Shown in pieces: positions 1 to 11,864 of a stretch of DNA of 64,000 nt. This DNA comes from Nitrospirota bacterium (lineage in GTDB: Bacteria; Nitrospirota; UBA9217), in the NCBI GenBank assembly GCA_963751455.1, contig CAVVUN010000012.1, positions 416,001-480,000 on the forward strand. Reading direction: 5' to 3'. The first letter of the stretch is position 1. Every line of letters starts with the position of its first letter. The notes below the pieces were generated by a model, which worked only from the letters and a program-made list of their open reading frames with translations, was not told the origin of the DNA and ran no database searches. The translations under genes and the position numbers were made by a program.

Positions 1-387
1 TACGGTCAGGGGAACCGCGAGGAGGGACCGGATGCCGAAATCTCTCAATACGGGGCCGGTCATTTCATCGCTGAACACATCACTGATTGCAACCGGTTTT
101 TTGTTGTCCGGTGCGGCACCTGCAAATACCGCTTTCTCGTCCGCAAATGATTTGACGATCAGCTCTTGCGGCAGCAGATGGCTGTATCTGATCACCCAGG
201 CGCCGTCTTCACGCGCCGCGATTCCGGCCGAGTCGCTTCCGAGAGCTTTCGTTGCCTCCATCAGGACCCGGTGTACGATCTCTTCGAAGTCGAGGGATGA
301 ATTCACCATTGACGCAATATTGATCAGCGAGCTGCTCAGCCCCTGTTCTCTCACCAATTCGGAAACTCTTTCTTCACATGTGTCCAT
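1..387 (-). CDS. GAF-domain signalling protein, N-terminal part (runs off the window)
   Basis: Not in the ORF track. Manual translation from ATG at 387: MDTCEERVSELVREQ...SSLDFEEIVHRVLMEATKALGSDSAGI...PVAISDVFSDE...FGIRSLLAVPLTV, a typical GAF pattern, open to base 1. Confidence 0.75.
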   Translation of the reverse strand, partial: MDTCEERVSELVREQGLSSSLINIASMVNSSLDFEEIVHRVLMEATKALGSDSAGIAAREDGAWVIRYSHLLPQELIVKSFADEKAVFAGAAPDNKKPVAISDVFSDEMTGPVLRDFGIRSLLAVPLTV

Positions 388-519
388 CGGAACCTCAATA
401 CGGTAAATTTCAAATTGAAATACCAAGTCACGAATAAATCCAGCTTCTCAAAAAAACCCTTGTTCAAAAGGCTTCGAATTTAAGTGTTTATTTGAAATAA
501 GCTGCTTTAAATTTCGTAT

Positions 520-2177
520 TTATCCTCTGCTGGCCTCTGCCGGCAGCGTGAAATAGAAGCTCGACCCTTCTCCCGGCTTCGATTCCACCCAGATCCGCCC
601 GCCGTGCCGCTCAACGATCCTCCTGCATATCGACAGACCCACTCCTGTTCCGGGATATTCCTCCCTTGTATGCAACCGCTGGAATATCACGAAGATGCGT
701 TCGGAGAAACGGGGCTCGATGCCTATGCCGTTGTCATGTACTCCAAAGACCCATTCGTTTCCTTTGCGCTGGGCGGAAATGTGTATGCGGAGCTGCACGT
801 CCTTCTTCCTGAACTTGACCGCGTTTCCGACAAGGTTCTGAAACAGCTGCACGAGTTGAGTATAGTCCCCCTTCGCTTCCGGCATGGCATCCATGGTAAT
901 CGCTGCTCCGCTTTCGCTTATTGTTTTTCTCAGGTTGCCGAGAGCCCGCTCCAGCACCTCGCCGACCTGTACCCGGTTGAAGGAACTGGCCTGTGTCGCG
1001 ACCCGGGAGAAAGCGAGCAGGTCATTGATCAATTCGGACATTCTGTTCGCGCCTTCGACTGCAAATGATATATACTTGTCCGCGTTCTGGTCCAGCTTGC
1101 CCTTATACTTCATGGCCAGAAGATCCACATAGCTGGAAACGGTCCTGAGCGGCTCCTGCAGGTCGTGCGACGCTATATAAGCAAACTGCTGAAGTTCTTT
1201 GTTGGAACGCTGCAGCTCGGTGATCAATCTCTCCCGTTCCTGTTCGGACTGACGCCGGTCCGTGATATCGACAACAACAGCAAGCAGGGCCCTCCTGCGG
1301 TTGTAGATGATCTCGGCGAACCGCATGTCCGCATCGATAACCTCGTTATTCTTTTTGCGGTGCCTGGTCTGAAGCCTGCCTTCTAATTTTTTTCCTCCGG
1401 TACAGCATTCTTTCGCCAGGCGCTCGAACTCTGTAAATTCTTCGGCTGTCCTGATGTCGGCAAGCGTAAGATGGTTGAACTCCTCCCTGCTGTATCCGTA
1501 ATGTTCTACCGCCGCATTGTTCACTTCGAGAAAAGCGAAGGTTTCGATATCAATGACGAACTTGGGCAGTGGACTTCTGTCGAACAACAGCCGGTAATGT
1601 TCCTCTCGCAGGCGCAACGCCTCCTCCAGCTCTTTGCGTTCGCTGATGTCAATAACCGCGGCACGGCAGCATTCCGCCTTGGCAGCTGGTTCCCGGGCAA
1701 ATACGAACTGCAAGCTGGCGTAGAAGAAGCTGCCGTCGCTTTTCCTGAGCTTGACATCGATCGCTTTCCCCGCCTTCGACAGGAGAACATCCTAAGAAGA
1801 TTGCGATAGCGCTGCCGCTCTGAGCGATCGCTGATGAACAGAGAGAACGGCCTCCTGATCAGCAACTGCTTCGGGATCCCGAGCATCGCCGCGCCAGTCG
1901 GGTTACGTCCAGAATGATCCCATCCTTGTCAAAGGTGAAATAGCCTGCGGGCGCAAATTCGTATAATTCTGCGTACCGGCGGCGAGAGAGTCCCAGGTCG
2001 CTCTGTATCCGTCGAAGCTCTTCATTCTGACTTTCCAGTTCAACCCGGTACACGCCTGCGTTGTGAACAAGCCGCGCAATCTCCTCTTTGGACAGCGTTG
2101 GCTGCTTTTCCAGCATTATTCTCAGCGGCTTTTTCCTTTTTTCCGCGGACCATAGCCAGTTTATGAGATGTTTTCAT
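520..2177 (-). CDS. PAS-domain sensor histidine kinase (phytochrome-like HisKA/HATPase), frameshifted in the 5' part
   Basis: H-box ASHDLQEPLR, N-box QNLVGNAVKF, G boxes DNGIGI and GTGVGL in ORF 520..1713. Upstream pieces (1859..2116 ELESQNEELRR..YAELYEFAPAGYFT; ATG 2177 with GGAGG RBS) belong to the same gene. Confidence 0.85.
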
Positions 2178-2416
2178 GGTCCTCCCTCAGCGCTTTTTTT
2201 CGCCGTACATGGATCTTTGATTATAATTATAAGCCTTTGCCCTGTTTGCATGAAATAGTTTAGAAAGCGCAAAGTAAGAAAGCAGGATTTAGTAGCAGAA
2301 AAGCAAGATCAATAGGAAACCGAGGTCCAGAGACGCGGATAAAAAAATGCCACCTAAGGGCTCCAGCACGCAAGACGGTATTCGTCTATGGGTCCTTTCG
2401 TGGCATAGCCTGCCTC

Positions 2417-3655
2417 TTATTTTGTCCTGCTTAGGCCGCGAGTTTTTCCGATGGAGTGACCTCCACCTTTGATCCAGCCCGGCTTGCGCTCGTCGAAAGC
2501 CTTGTACGCGTCGATTACCGAGGTCAGGGGTTCTATATTCGAAAGAATCTGCTCCGGATCGACAACATGGCTTTTCACGAGTTCCATCAGGTGCGGAATA
2601 TATTTGCGATGATTGCAATTTCCCCCTTTGATCGTAAGGTTCTTGTTCACCGCTTTTCCGAACGGGAAGAACTCGAAGCTCTCGGGATAGTCGCCGATTA
2701 TGGATATCGTGCCCGCCTTTGCAACCGCTTCTACCGCCCAGTCCAATGCCTGCGAAGGCGCGTCTCCCGGGACCCAGTTCGGGCCTTTCGGGCTGATCCG
2801 GGGCGCGACCTGTTTGACTTCCCGCTTGAACTCCTCATCTTTCTGGTAGGCCTGCTCGCAGCGGGTCCGCTGTCGGATGCACAGCGTCCACTCCTACAGC
2901 GTCTATAACGCGGTCCACTCCGATGCCGCCGGTTTGTTCGATGATCACGGCGACCGGATCGTCTTCATCGAAGTTGATCACTTCCGCGCCCTGGTTCTGG
3001 GCCAGTTCCAGCCGCGACGGGATCCTGTCAACGGCAAACACCCGGCCGGCGCCCATAAGAAAAGCGCTCACGATCGAAAATAATTGTACCGGTCCGCACC
3101 CGAAAACAGCAACGGTGTTACCCGGCTTGATCTCCGCGTTTTCGGCCCCGAAGTGCCGGTGGGGAATATGTCGGACAGCATGATCGCCTGGCTGTCGGTA
3201 ATTTCATCCGGAATTTTAATGAGATTGATGTTTGCATACGGGATACTGGCCGCTTCCGCCTGCAGCCCGTGAAACGACCCGGAAGATTTCGGACCGCCGA
3301 GATACGCCGTACCCGCCCGCCGTCCGTTCGGATTGACGTTGTCGCACTGGGCAAAATAACCGCTTCTGCAGTACGAGCAGTAGCCGCACCCAAGTGTCGA
3401 TGAAATCACAACCCTGTCGCCGATCGTCAGGTTGCGTACTTCGGCCCCCACCTCCGAAACTATTCCCACGCCTTCATGGCCGAGTATGGTGCCCGGCTCC
3501 ATCCCTCCCATGGTGCCGCGAATCATATGAAGGTCTGTCCCGCAAATTGCGCTCGCCGTCAGCTTGACGATCGCATCATGGGGGTCCCGAAGCTTGGGCG
3601 CCTCCACCTCCTCCAGCCTGATATCGCCTATATCATGAAATACAACTGCTTTCAT
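2417..3655 (-). CDS. Zinc-dependent alcohol/formaldehyde dehydrogenase (MDR family), split by frameshifts
   Basis: ICGTDLH, GHEGVG and CGYCSYC..C motifs in 3068..3655; continues in 2835..3071 and 2417..2746 (NKNLTIKGGNCNHRKYIP). Confidence 0.85.
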
Positions 3656-3780
3656 TTTTTATGTCCTCCTTTCGGAAAATCCTTTCCAAAGTGTGGGAGG
3701 CCGATACTGAAAAAGGTACAACAATACTGTGTTGTTCTAACGCTCTTGATATGTTCAGTATATCGCCTGCACAAAGTTCT

Positions 3781-3810
3781 AGGGAGGCAGCCCCGAGGCC
3801 TCCCTTTTTT
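3781..3810 (+). terminator. Intrinsic-terminator-like hairpin in a divergent intergenic region
   Basis: AGGGAGGC-9nt-GCCTCCCT followed by a T run. Confidence 0.55.
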
Positions 3811-3837
3811 GACAACAGGGATGCTCGCTGTTAGAGT
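3809..3837 (+). promoter_or_regulatory. Putative sigma70 promoter for the membrane protein/debranching enzyme operon
   Basis: TTGACA-17 nt-TAGAGT. Confidence 0.5.
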
Positions 3838-3896
3838 TTTATAAGAAGATGTTCATATTTTGCGTATTTCTTTTTCCCCATACTTCAGGAAAACAC

Positions 3897-4356
3897 ATGG
3901 AAGCACTCACCTGGCGCGAAGTGGATTTCAGCGGTGTCGTACTGGCCGGCCTGATCGGCGGTTACCTCATGGCCATCTCCGGCTTGTGGGCGGGTAAAGT
4001 GCCGGGCCTTACAGCGTTTGACATCGCGGATTTCGGCCGGCGATATATCGTATCCGACCGTCCAAGCGCCTGGTATTTCGGAATGGCATCGCACCTGGCA
4101 AACAGCGTCATCTTCACGCTCTCCTGGGCCGCGCTCATTGAACCGAACCTTTCCTGGCCCCGCCCCCTCGAAGGGCTGCTCTGGGGTGAAACGCTTGCCG
4201 TGTTTCTTGCCCGGCGGAATGATCGCCCCTCTTTCCGGAATGGGTTTCATGGGACGCCGGACCGGAAGCCCGCGGTTCGGCATAACTAGTATTTTGCTTC
4301 ATGCAATCTGGGGCATCAGCATCGGCTTGATTTACTCTCCGGGAATGCACTCATGA
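3897..4356 (+). CDS. Small multi-pass membrane protein (one frameshift near 4210)
   Basis: Hydrophobic helices in 3849..4289 continue in frame 4018..4356 (GGMIAPLSGMG...LLHAIWGISIGLIY); ATGA overlap with the next gene. Confidence 0.65.
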
Positions 4357-6572
4357 ATGGAAGCGTCCGGATCCCGAATCCCGTCGATATATTGTATGGG
4401 GGCGGCGTTTCCCTGTCGTGCAGCAGGGACGGCCAGATCTTTGCCGATGGGCTTCACGGACTCTTCGCAGGTGACACGCGCGTCCTTTCCACGTATCGGA
4501 TCAGCATAGGAGGCGCGTCGTGGAAATTGCTCGGCCGCGCCAGAACCGGCTCATCGGATGCCGAATGGCATTTTCAAAATCCCGCTGTAAGATCGCCCTC
4601 GTCCGAAATACCGGCCGGCAAGATCCTGCTCAGCTTGAAGCGCAGGATCGCCGGTGCGCTGCATGACGACCTCCGCGTCTGCTCTTATTTCGGACAGCCG
4701 GCTCAGGTGAGGCTCGTCCTTCAGCTCGATGCGGATTTCGCCGACATCTTCCAGGTGAAGCAGCAAAATCTTCCTCCTCGCCTGAACGTATTGCGCATTG
4801 CCGGTCTGAACACGCTCACGCTGCTGTATGATAGAGCCGGTTTCCGGCGAGGCCTCCGCGTTCGTTTTGATCCGTCCGGCGGCAAGGCATTCCATATCGG
4901 GACCCAGACGATTTTTGAACTCGATCTGCTGCCCAACTTGGAATGGACCTGCTGTATTGAGGCCTGCCCGGTGATAGACGGGCAGGTAATCGGCTTCGCC
5001 GGGGACCCGCACGCGAGCAAAGAGCTGCTCACGCACGCCAAGCCCGCTGCCGGCCTGCTTATCCGCACAGGCGCTATACTGCAAGCTCCGTTTGAGCGCG
5101 GCCGCATTGATCTGCGGTCATTAGCCTTATCCGCGAACGGCGGGCCGCTTCATATCGCCGCCGGCGTTCCATGGTTCTTTACCCTGTTCGGCCGGGATCA
5201 GCTTATCGCCGCGCTCATGGCCGGGCTAGACGGTCCCTGGTCTGCGAAGGGCGCCCTCGAATCGCTTGCACCGTTGCAGGCGCGCGATCGCGATGACTGG
5301 CGCGACGCGGAGCCGGGCAAACTTCCTCACGAACTGCGCCGGGGAGAACTGGCTTCGCAAGGGCTTATCCCTCACACACCCTACTATGGGACCCACGATG
5401 CTCCTGCCCTCTACTGCCTCTTGTTATGGCAGGCATGGCGATGGACAGGGGACCGCGCGCTCCTTGCGCGGTATCTCAAGACAGCGCGAAGGGCGCTCTC
5501 CTGGTGCGAAAAGCTGGGTGACCGTGACGGCGACGGGTTCCAGGAATACGAAACCAGAAGCACTAAAGGCTACTACAACCAGGGCTGGAAGGATTCGGAG
5601 GATGCGGTTGTGCACTCGGACGGCCGTAAGGCGGAAACTCCGCTCGCAACCGTCGAGCTGCAAGGCTACCTGTTTGCCGCTTATCTCGCTGTCGCGGAGC
5701 TTTTGACAGAAACAGGAGAGAGAGAGGAATCAGGCCAGCTCATCCGCAAAGCGCAGACGCTTCGTTCCCGTGTCGAGAAAGCCTTCTGGATGAAAAACGA
5801 AGGGTTCTACGCAATGGCGCTCGACCGGTCTAAGCGGCAGGTGGCCGGCCTTTCATCTAATCCGGGACACCTGCTCTGGTGCGGACTTCCTGCACAGGGC
5901 ACGCGCCGGACTTCTTGCCGCGCGCTTTCTTCAGAAGGACCTCTTTTCCGGCTGGGGGATCAGGACCTTGTCGTCCTCCAACCCGGCATATAATCCGCTT
6001 GCATATCAGCTCGGCTCGGTCTGGCCCTTCGACACGGCTCTTATTGCTGCCGGATTATGGCGGTACGGATTCCGGGAGGAAGCTGGAATACTGCTGCGGT
6101 CTCTTCTGGAAGCTGCTGCGAGATTCGAGGAAGAACGGCTTCCTGAGGCTCTTCTGCGGGGTGGATCGTTCGGCAGGCGGGCCGATCCCCTACGAAGAGG
6201 CAAACATACCTCAGGCCGTGGTCTGCCGCTGTCCCCCTGCTTGCAGCACAGCTTTTTCTGGGACTGCTTCCCTACGCGCCCCGGGGACGCTGTTTTCTTT
6301 CGCCCTGGCTTCCGGAATGGCTGCCTGAGCTCGAATTAAGCGGGATAGCCGTAGGTCAAACGGAGATCAATATCAAACTCACGCGGCGGGGCAGCGAGAC
6401 GTTGATTGACCGGATCGAGGCGAAAGGCCTTGAGATCGTCCGGGGGCTTCCGGTAGCGCCGCTATGGGGAGAGCCGATGGATCGCGCAAATTTTACGCTT
6501 AAAAAGGTTACAACCTGCCGGGTCTGCTACATGCGCATAAGTCGACCCTGGCTTCACACCAGTGTACCCTAG
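4353..6572 (+). CDS. Amylo-alpha-1,6-glucosidase / glycogen debranching enzyme family, frameshifted at the C-terminus
   Basis: AGVPWFFTLFGRD, EPGKLPHELR, NQGWKDS, TVELQGY, SSNPGHLL, then YQLGSVWPFDT and PQA/WSAA in shifted frames. End is approximate. Confidence 0.85.
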
Positions 6573-6628
6573 CTAATGTGCACATGATCGCTTGGTAACT
6601 TGCGACTTTGTTCAGAACCGGAAGGAAC

Positions 6629-6733
6629 TTTCCGCGCAAAGTTGCCATGCTCGCAAAGAAAAGCTAAATAATATGATGTTCGAATCAAGAACTAAGGATT
6701 TCCTTTGCGTCTTCTGCAGGTTCTGCGCGAGAC
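6629..6733. repeat. Intergenic inverted repeat with periodic arms (CGCAAAG type)
   Basis: Left TTTCCGCGCAAAGTTGCCATGCTCGCAAAGAAAA; right TTTCCTTTGCGTCTTCTGCAGGTTCTGCGCGAGAC. Confidence 0.55.
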
Positions 6734-6751
6734 GTCTTGCATCCTGGCTCG

Positions 6752-7632
6752 TTAGTGAAACAGCGTGATCACTACGAATCCGGCGAACATGAGCAAGCCG
6801 CCGGCCAGCCGGCCGCCGATCTCTTTTTCGCGGAAAAAGATAAACCCGTACAGGCTTCCGATCAGCAAACTGGTGCGCTTGATCGAGATGACATAAGCGA
6901 CGTTGCCCAGACTTATTGCAGCGTAATGCGTAATTGCCATAAGCGAAGTGAACACCGCGGGAAGGGCTGCAAATTTGAGATTATTACGAAGAGCGCCTGA
7001 GAGAGTCTGCGCCCGCGCTGATTCAGCGCGACAATCGGAAGCAGGCATACCATAACTGCCAGATAATAGCTCGCCGCGAAAAAGGGCGCTGACGAGTGAG
7101 TAACCGCGACTTTTCCGAGCGATGACGTAACGCTGTAGATCAACGCAACACATATCATATACACTGACCCGCGTTCTTTCGCTATCGCCCTGAATGGCTC
7201 CAGAAACCCCGCCCGCACCGTCCTGATATTAAGCGTATAACCTCCCAGCACTATGAGTGCAATGCCTGCGCTCCCAACAGGAGAAACCGTCTCTCCGGCG
7301 ATGGTCCGCGAAAAAAAAATCAGGAACAGCGGGGTAAGGGACTGAAACGGGAGAGTCGCGCTGAGGGGAGAAAGGCGCAGGGCCTTGATGTAGAGAACGA
7401 TTGCAAGGATCTCGAGAGGCAGCGCCGCGCAGAACGCGAATACAAACGTGCGGTCAAGCGCGGGCATGGAGGAAAAAAACAGATAGACCGCCAAAACCGG
7501 AAAGGCCAGGGAAGTCCTGAGCCATGCCATGACCAGTTCGTTGTCCGGTCGCAGCTCTTTTTTTGTGAGCGCATCGCTGGTTGCAAGCGAAAAAGCGCAA
7601 ATGACGGAGAGGATGATCCAGGACTCGGGCAT
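6752..7632 (-). CDS. EamA/DMT family transporter (one frameshift near 6990)
   Basis: Multiple TM helices, ALRLSPLSATLPF; C-terminus VAYVISIKRTSLL..FFREK lies in the 6752..7153 frame. Confidence 0.85.
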
Positions 7633-7837
7633 GGTGTCGATGATAACATAGAACTGTCATTGACAATAAAAGAATTTTGGTATGTTTGTCATTTCGACCA
7701 GAGGGAGAAATCTTTCCCACTTCACTTTTATCCGATACTTTGTGCCGGTATTGGGATTTATCGCTGAATTGCCGAACAGCAAAAACAGATTTCTCGCTTC
7801 ACTCGAAATGGCAAGCGGAGGCAAGGCAAGCGCCCGT

Positions 7838-9349
7838 CTACGGCTGCACGCCCGTGTGGCAATCGAAGCATCTGCCCTGTTTCCATGCGTCCCCGATGTC
7901 AACGGGGTGTTTGAAGTCGAGGCCGGTCTCGGCGGTGATCACTTCTCCTTTCATCCCGGGCCCCTGCCCGATGATGATATGGCATGTCCGGCAGTCATTC
8001 ATGATCAGCGTCCCGGTGCTGCTCGCGTGCTTGCCGTCATGGCAGCGCATGCAGCCGGGATAAATGAAGTGCCCTATGTCGTCCGGGTAGTCCTTCCAGC
8101 TTGCGTTCATAATCGGAAAGATATTTCGCTGATATGCCGCTTGTACATTCAGGATCGCCTCTTTTATCTCTTTCTCGTTTTGCAGCGCAATTCTGCGATA
8201 ATTTAACCGGTAGAAGTCCGTGATCGCGCCTGCTATGCCCCGCAGTGCTTCCTGCTCTGATCGGTATTCCCTGATCATTGCTTCCACTGAAATCTTCTTG
8301 ATCTCAGGCAGCTCCGGACTGATTCTTCCGGTTGCCAGGGCAAGGTCGATCGCGTAATCAGGAGACTGGAAATCGTGGCTCGGCCGGTTATGGCAATCCA
8401 TGCAGTCCATGGTCCTCGGCTGCGCTTCCGCAACCTGCTTATCGCTCAGAGGTTTTGCCGTATCCCGATACATCGTCACCCGGCCCGTCATGTTGTCCGT
8501 TACCCTGATCCACGGAATGTCCTGTCTTCGTTCATCGCGCGCAATATATTGCACCGTAACCGCTATATTCATATGCCAGTGAATGCCCGCAGTCTGGCTC
8601 GTTTTCGGGCTTCCCCCGCCGATCCTCATCAGCATATTGATCGGCCATCTGGAATTCGCTTTGTCGTACCGGTAATGAACGAACTCCTGCTGCTTGGAAC
8701 CGAAGAACTGACGGGGCCAATGGCAGGTCTCGCAGGTCTCGCGGGCCGGCCGGAGTTGCTCTATAGGAGTTGGAATCGGCCGCGGGTATACATTTGCGAG
8801 GACCGCGTATACCTGGTAAAGGCCTGAGAGCTTGGACCGTGCATACCAGCCCGCTCCCGGGCCGATGTGGCAGTTGACGCATCTCACCCGGGCATGGGGA
8901 GAACCCTGGTACGCGACGTATTCCGGCTTCATTACTTTATGGCAGGTCAGGCCGCAGAACGAAACTGATTCAGTGTAATGATAGGCCTGGTAAATTCCGA
9001 CGGAGCTGAAGAGCATGAATAGAAATGTTGCGAGCAGAAAGATGGCAGTAGTTTTGCGCTGACCGGGATTGTTCAGATCCACGGATGGCCATCTTCGATA
9101 ACTGACTTCTCCGGTCCGCTGACGCCTGCGCCATTCAAGGAACATGCCGAGCGGTATCAGGAACAGGCCTGCGATAAGAAACCCGGGCATAACGATATAT
9201 GCCAAGATACCGACGTACGGATTGATCCCCCGGGTAACGAGACTGATTACGACGAAGAAGAGGATCGTGAGTATAGATAGCCCGGCAACAACTGCGCCAA
9301 TGGTGCTGATCCAGTTTTTGAATAAGTGCGGCAATTTCGGAGTTTGCAT
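7838..9349 (-). CDS. Membrane-anchored NapC/NirT-type multiheme cytochrome c with C-terminal extension
   Basis: Three N-terminal TM helices; CGLTCH (CxxxCH) plus six CxxCH: CVNCH, CETCH, CMDCH, CMRCH, CRTCH, CFDCH. Confidence 0.85.
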   Translation of the reverse strand: MQTPKLPHLFKNWISTIGAVVAGLSILTILFFVVISLVTRGINPYVGILAYIVMPGFLIAGLFLIPLGMFLEWRRRQRTGEVSYRRWPSVDLNNPGQRKTTAIFLLATFLFMLFSSVGIYQAYHYTESVSFCGLTCHKVMKPEYVAYQGSPHARVRCVNCHIGPGAGWYARSKLSGLYQVYAVLANVYPRPIPTPIEQLRPARETCETCHWPRQFFGSKQQEFVHYRYDKANSRWPINMLMRIGGGSPKTSQTAGIHWHMNIAVTVQYIARDERRQDIPWIRVTDNMTGRVTMYRDTAKPLSDKQVAEAQPRTMDCMDCHNRPSHDFQSPDYAIDLALATGRISPELPEIKKISVEAMIREYRSEQEALRGIAGAITDFYRLNYRRIALQNEKEIKEAILNVQAAYQRNIFPIMNASWKDYPDDIGHFIYPGCMRCHDGKHASSTGTLIMNDCRTCHIIIGQGPGMKGEVITAETGLDFKHPVDIGDAWKQGRCFDCHTGVQP

Positions 9350-9624
9350 TTAGGAACCTTTCCGGATAAATAGATGCGCTTTCTTTTTCAGTATATCGCG
9401 CACGTTTCAATTGTTCGTAAAAGGAGTCCTTGGTATGACGAAGAGAAAATATCGCGCCGATTTATAAACTTAGCTGGTCTAACCAACCCGGAACGGGCTG
9501 ATAATTAAATTCAACCGTCTTTCGGAGATATGATGAAGCAAGCGCACTTTAACTAAAATCTCCATTCATTCGGATACGTGACATGCCCGGTTGCGAAAGG
9601 GTCGAAGTGAGCTAAAGTTGAAAC

Positions 9625-10095
9625 ATGAAGCCTTTAATAATTACGTTGTTCCTTTCCAGCGCGCTCTTCCTAATCGCTCTGGCGTCCGATTCTCTGTCGG
9701 TGTCCTGCCCGCCAACCGAAGCCGACATGCTCGGTCCCTTTTATAAGCCTGATGCACCGGTCAGATCGAATGTGGACAATGTGGACACGGGCTACAAATT
9801 AGCCGGTGTCGTAAAATCATCTCGGGACTGCGCGCCGCTTCCTCATGCGAAGCTGGAATTCTGGCTTGCAGGCCCGGACGGGCAGTATGATGATGCCCAT
9901 CGAGCAACGGTCTTCGCGGACAAGTCCGGTTCGTATATGTTCGAAAGCAACGTCCCCGGAACATACGGGGGAAGGCCTCCGCATATCCATCTTCGGGTAA
10001 CGGCCGATGGTTTTCGTACGCTTGTGACCCAGCACTACCCTGAACAGGGCAATAAAGAAGCCGCTTTCGATCTGGTGCTTTTACCTGTCCGGTAA
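9625..10095 (+). CDS. Secreted intradiol ring-cleavage dioxygenase-like protein
   Basis: Signal peptide; GPFY, EFW, PGTYGGRPPHIHLRV, LVTQHY motifs. Confidence 0.8.
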   Translation: MKPLIITLFLSSALFLIALASDSLSVSCPPTEADMLGPFYKPDAPVRSNVDNVDTGYKLAGVVKSSRDCAPLPHAKLEFWLAGPDGQYDDAHRATVFADKSGSYMFESNVPGTYGGRPPHIHLRVTADGFRTLVTQHYPEQGNKEAAFDLVLLPVR

Positions 10096-10158
10096 AGGAG
10101 AGTAGTCCTTTTTTACTTCATATTTCTTGCTTCTTCATTCTTCCTTCTATGTTCTCCC

Positions 10159-10827
10159 TTACGCATGTCCTCCGACGTGGGAGAAGCACTCGTCCTGAAT
10201 TCGCAGAGTCGAAGCCAGGGACAGATGCGCAAGCCCCATTCTGACCGATACGCCAAGCCAGATTATGGCAGCGCCGAACAACAGCCCGCCCACGGTTCCG
10301 ACAGCAGACGGCAGGGGTGGGGTAAACATCAACAGCGGCGCCCCAAGGAAAAGAATGCCGTTGACAACGGGTATCGTCCTGGATGACACGAGGTATCCGG
10401 CAAGAAGCAGGAACCCGAGGGCGGCGATAAGCATCGAAATGCCGATCATTGTGCCGAGCGGCCCGCTCAGCAGGGGACCGGTTTCGCTCAAAAGCGGCTG
10501 ATATTCCGGACTGCGCGCGATAACCGGCAGCACGGTTGCCTCGAAGAAGAACATGATGCCCGTGAGAAGCAGGTTGCCGAGCATGGCAAGTCCGAAGGCC
10601 GCTCTGCCAAACGAGCTGATATTGATGTTCATAACCGCAAGCAACGCAGCGAGCCCGGCAAACCCGAACAGGGTCGAAAAGCCCATCATGATATGCACCG
10701 GCATCCATGCGCGAGTTGCCGCATACCCCGGCTCAGACATGTCAGGATGAAAAAGCACACCTATAGCCAGAAGAATGCCGGAAATAATAAGGAGCATACT
10801 GCTCCGATTTAACATTTTAGTCGTCAT
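10159..10827 (-). CDS. Hypothetical integral membrane protein
   Basis: About six hydrophobic segments; AGGAGG RBS upstream. Confidence 0.7.
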   Translation of the reverse strand: MTTKMLNRSSMLLIISGILLAIGVLFHPDMSEPGYAATRAWMPVHIMMGFSTLFGFAGLAALLAVMNINISSFGRAAFGLAMLGNLLLTGIMFFFEATVLPVIARSPEYQPLLSETGPLLSGPLGTMIGISMLIAALGFLLLAGYLVSSRTIPVVNGILFLGAPLLMFTPPLPSAVGTVGGLLFGAAIIWLGVSVRMGLAHLSLASTLRIQDECFSHVGGHA

Positions 10828-11029
10828 TGCACACCTCCTTACCGATTACTGCTAACAAATTGTATCTCCCGGCAACCGCGGTTGTCAATTTCTCGACCAC
10901 CGATTTTGAGGTCAAGGAATGCCCGCGCTCAATAGCTTCAATAGTATGAAGGCGAGTATGGGGCGGATCATGTGGCTTTTTCATGTGCGGTATATTTAAA
11001 ATACGGTTTGGCGGTCGGGAGGTGTTGGA

Positions 11030-11749
11030 ATGCTCATCCTATTTGATGACCTCGGTACGTTATTCTCGCTCGATAAAGTAAGAAAGAGATTTATCGTTGC
11101 CGGTATTGAGGAAGCACTGGCGGATTACTGGATTATGAAGTTGGGACAGGCAATGATGGCTTCATCGCTTGCAGGCAAGTATATTCCCTTCAGGGACCTG
11201 GCGTACTCCACCTTGAAGCATCTCTTTGCGGCTGAAAATATCAGCGAACGGTACGTCGATGACACGCTGGACAGCCTGGAGGAAATAGAGCCTTTCGACG
11301 ATGCGGCTGAATGCCTTCGCTCGCTTCGCTCCGATGGGCATCGTCTCGCTGTTCTGACGAACTTTGCGTACGACGACGCCGAACGGCTGCTGCGCCGGTC
11401 CGGATTAAAGAAAGAGTTCCATAGAATATATTCCGCGGATGATGCAAAAGCGTGCAAGCCGAATCCCTCGATTCATCAAATAGTGTTCCGGACAATGTTC
11501 ACTGCTCCCTACGACTGTTGCGTGGTGTCAGCGCACGACTGGGAGATCATGGGCGCTGAAGCGGCCGGCATGAACGGCGTCTATGTAAACCGTATTGAAG
11601 GGCTGTTTCCCTTTCCCGAGAGGCCATCGCTCATTGTTCCATGCCTGCGGGATGTGCCCGGGTTGATCTCAAAAGAGTTCGGGAAGCCGGCTGTTGCGGA
11701 CGAGACGGGTTTTGAAGGAGAACGTATAAAAAGATATGGACGGGCGTAA
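11030..11749 (+). CDS. HAD-superfamily hydrolase, haloacid dehalogenase type II-like
   Basis: FDDLGTL (motif I variant), VLTN, KPNP, VSAHDWEIMGA. Confidence 0.8.
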   Translation: MLILFDDLGTLFSLDKVRKRFIVAGIEEALADYWIMKLGQAMMASSLAGKYIPFRDLAYSTLKHLFAAENISERYVDDTLDSLEEIEPFDDAAECLRSLRSDGHRLAVLTNFAYDDAERLLRRSGLKKEFHRIYSADDAKACKPNPSIHQIVFRTMFTAPYDCCVVSAHDWEIMGAEAAGMNGVYVNRIEGLFPFPERPSLIVPCLRDVPGLISKEFGKPAVADETGFEGERIKRYGRA

Positions 11750-11864
11750 TTCAAAGCGAGGCGCAGAGTACGCGGCTCCCTTTTCCTTTGCATTGTGTAA
11801 TAGTATTATGCCGCTGAATGGCATTCAAATTAATCGCTTCTTGTTCAGCGTGCCTTTTAATGCC

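Noticed and set aside
10872-10886. Palindrome CAACCGCGGTTG between divergent genes
   Set aside because: Single occurrence with no identifiable regulator; not supportable.
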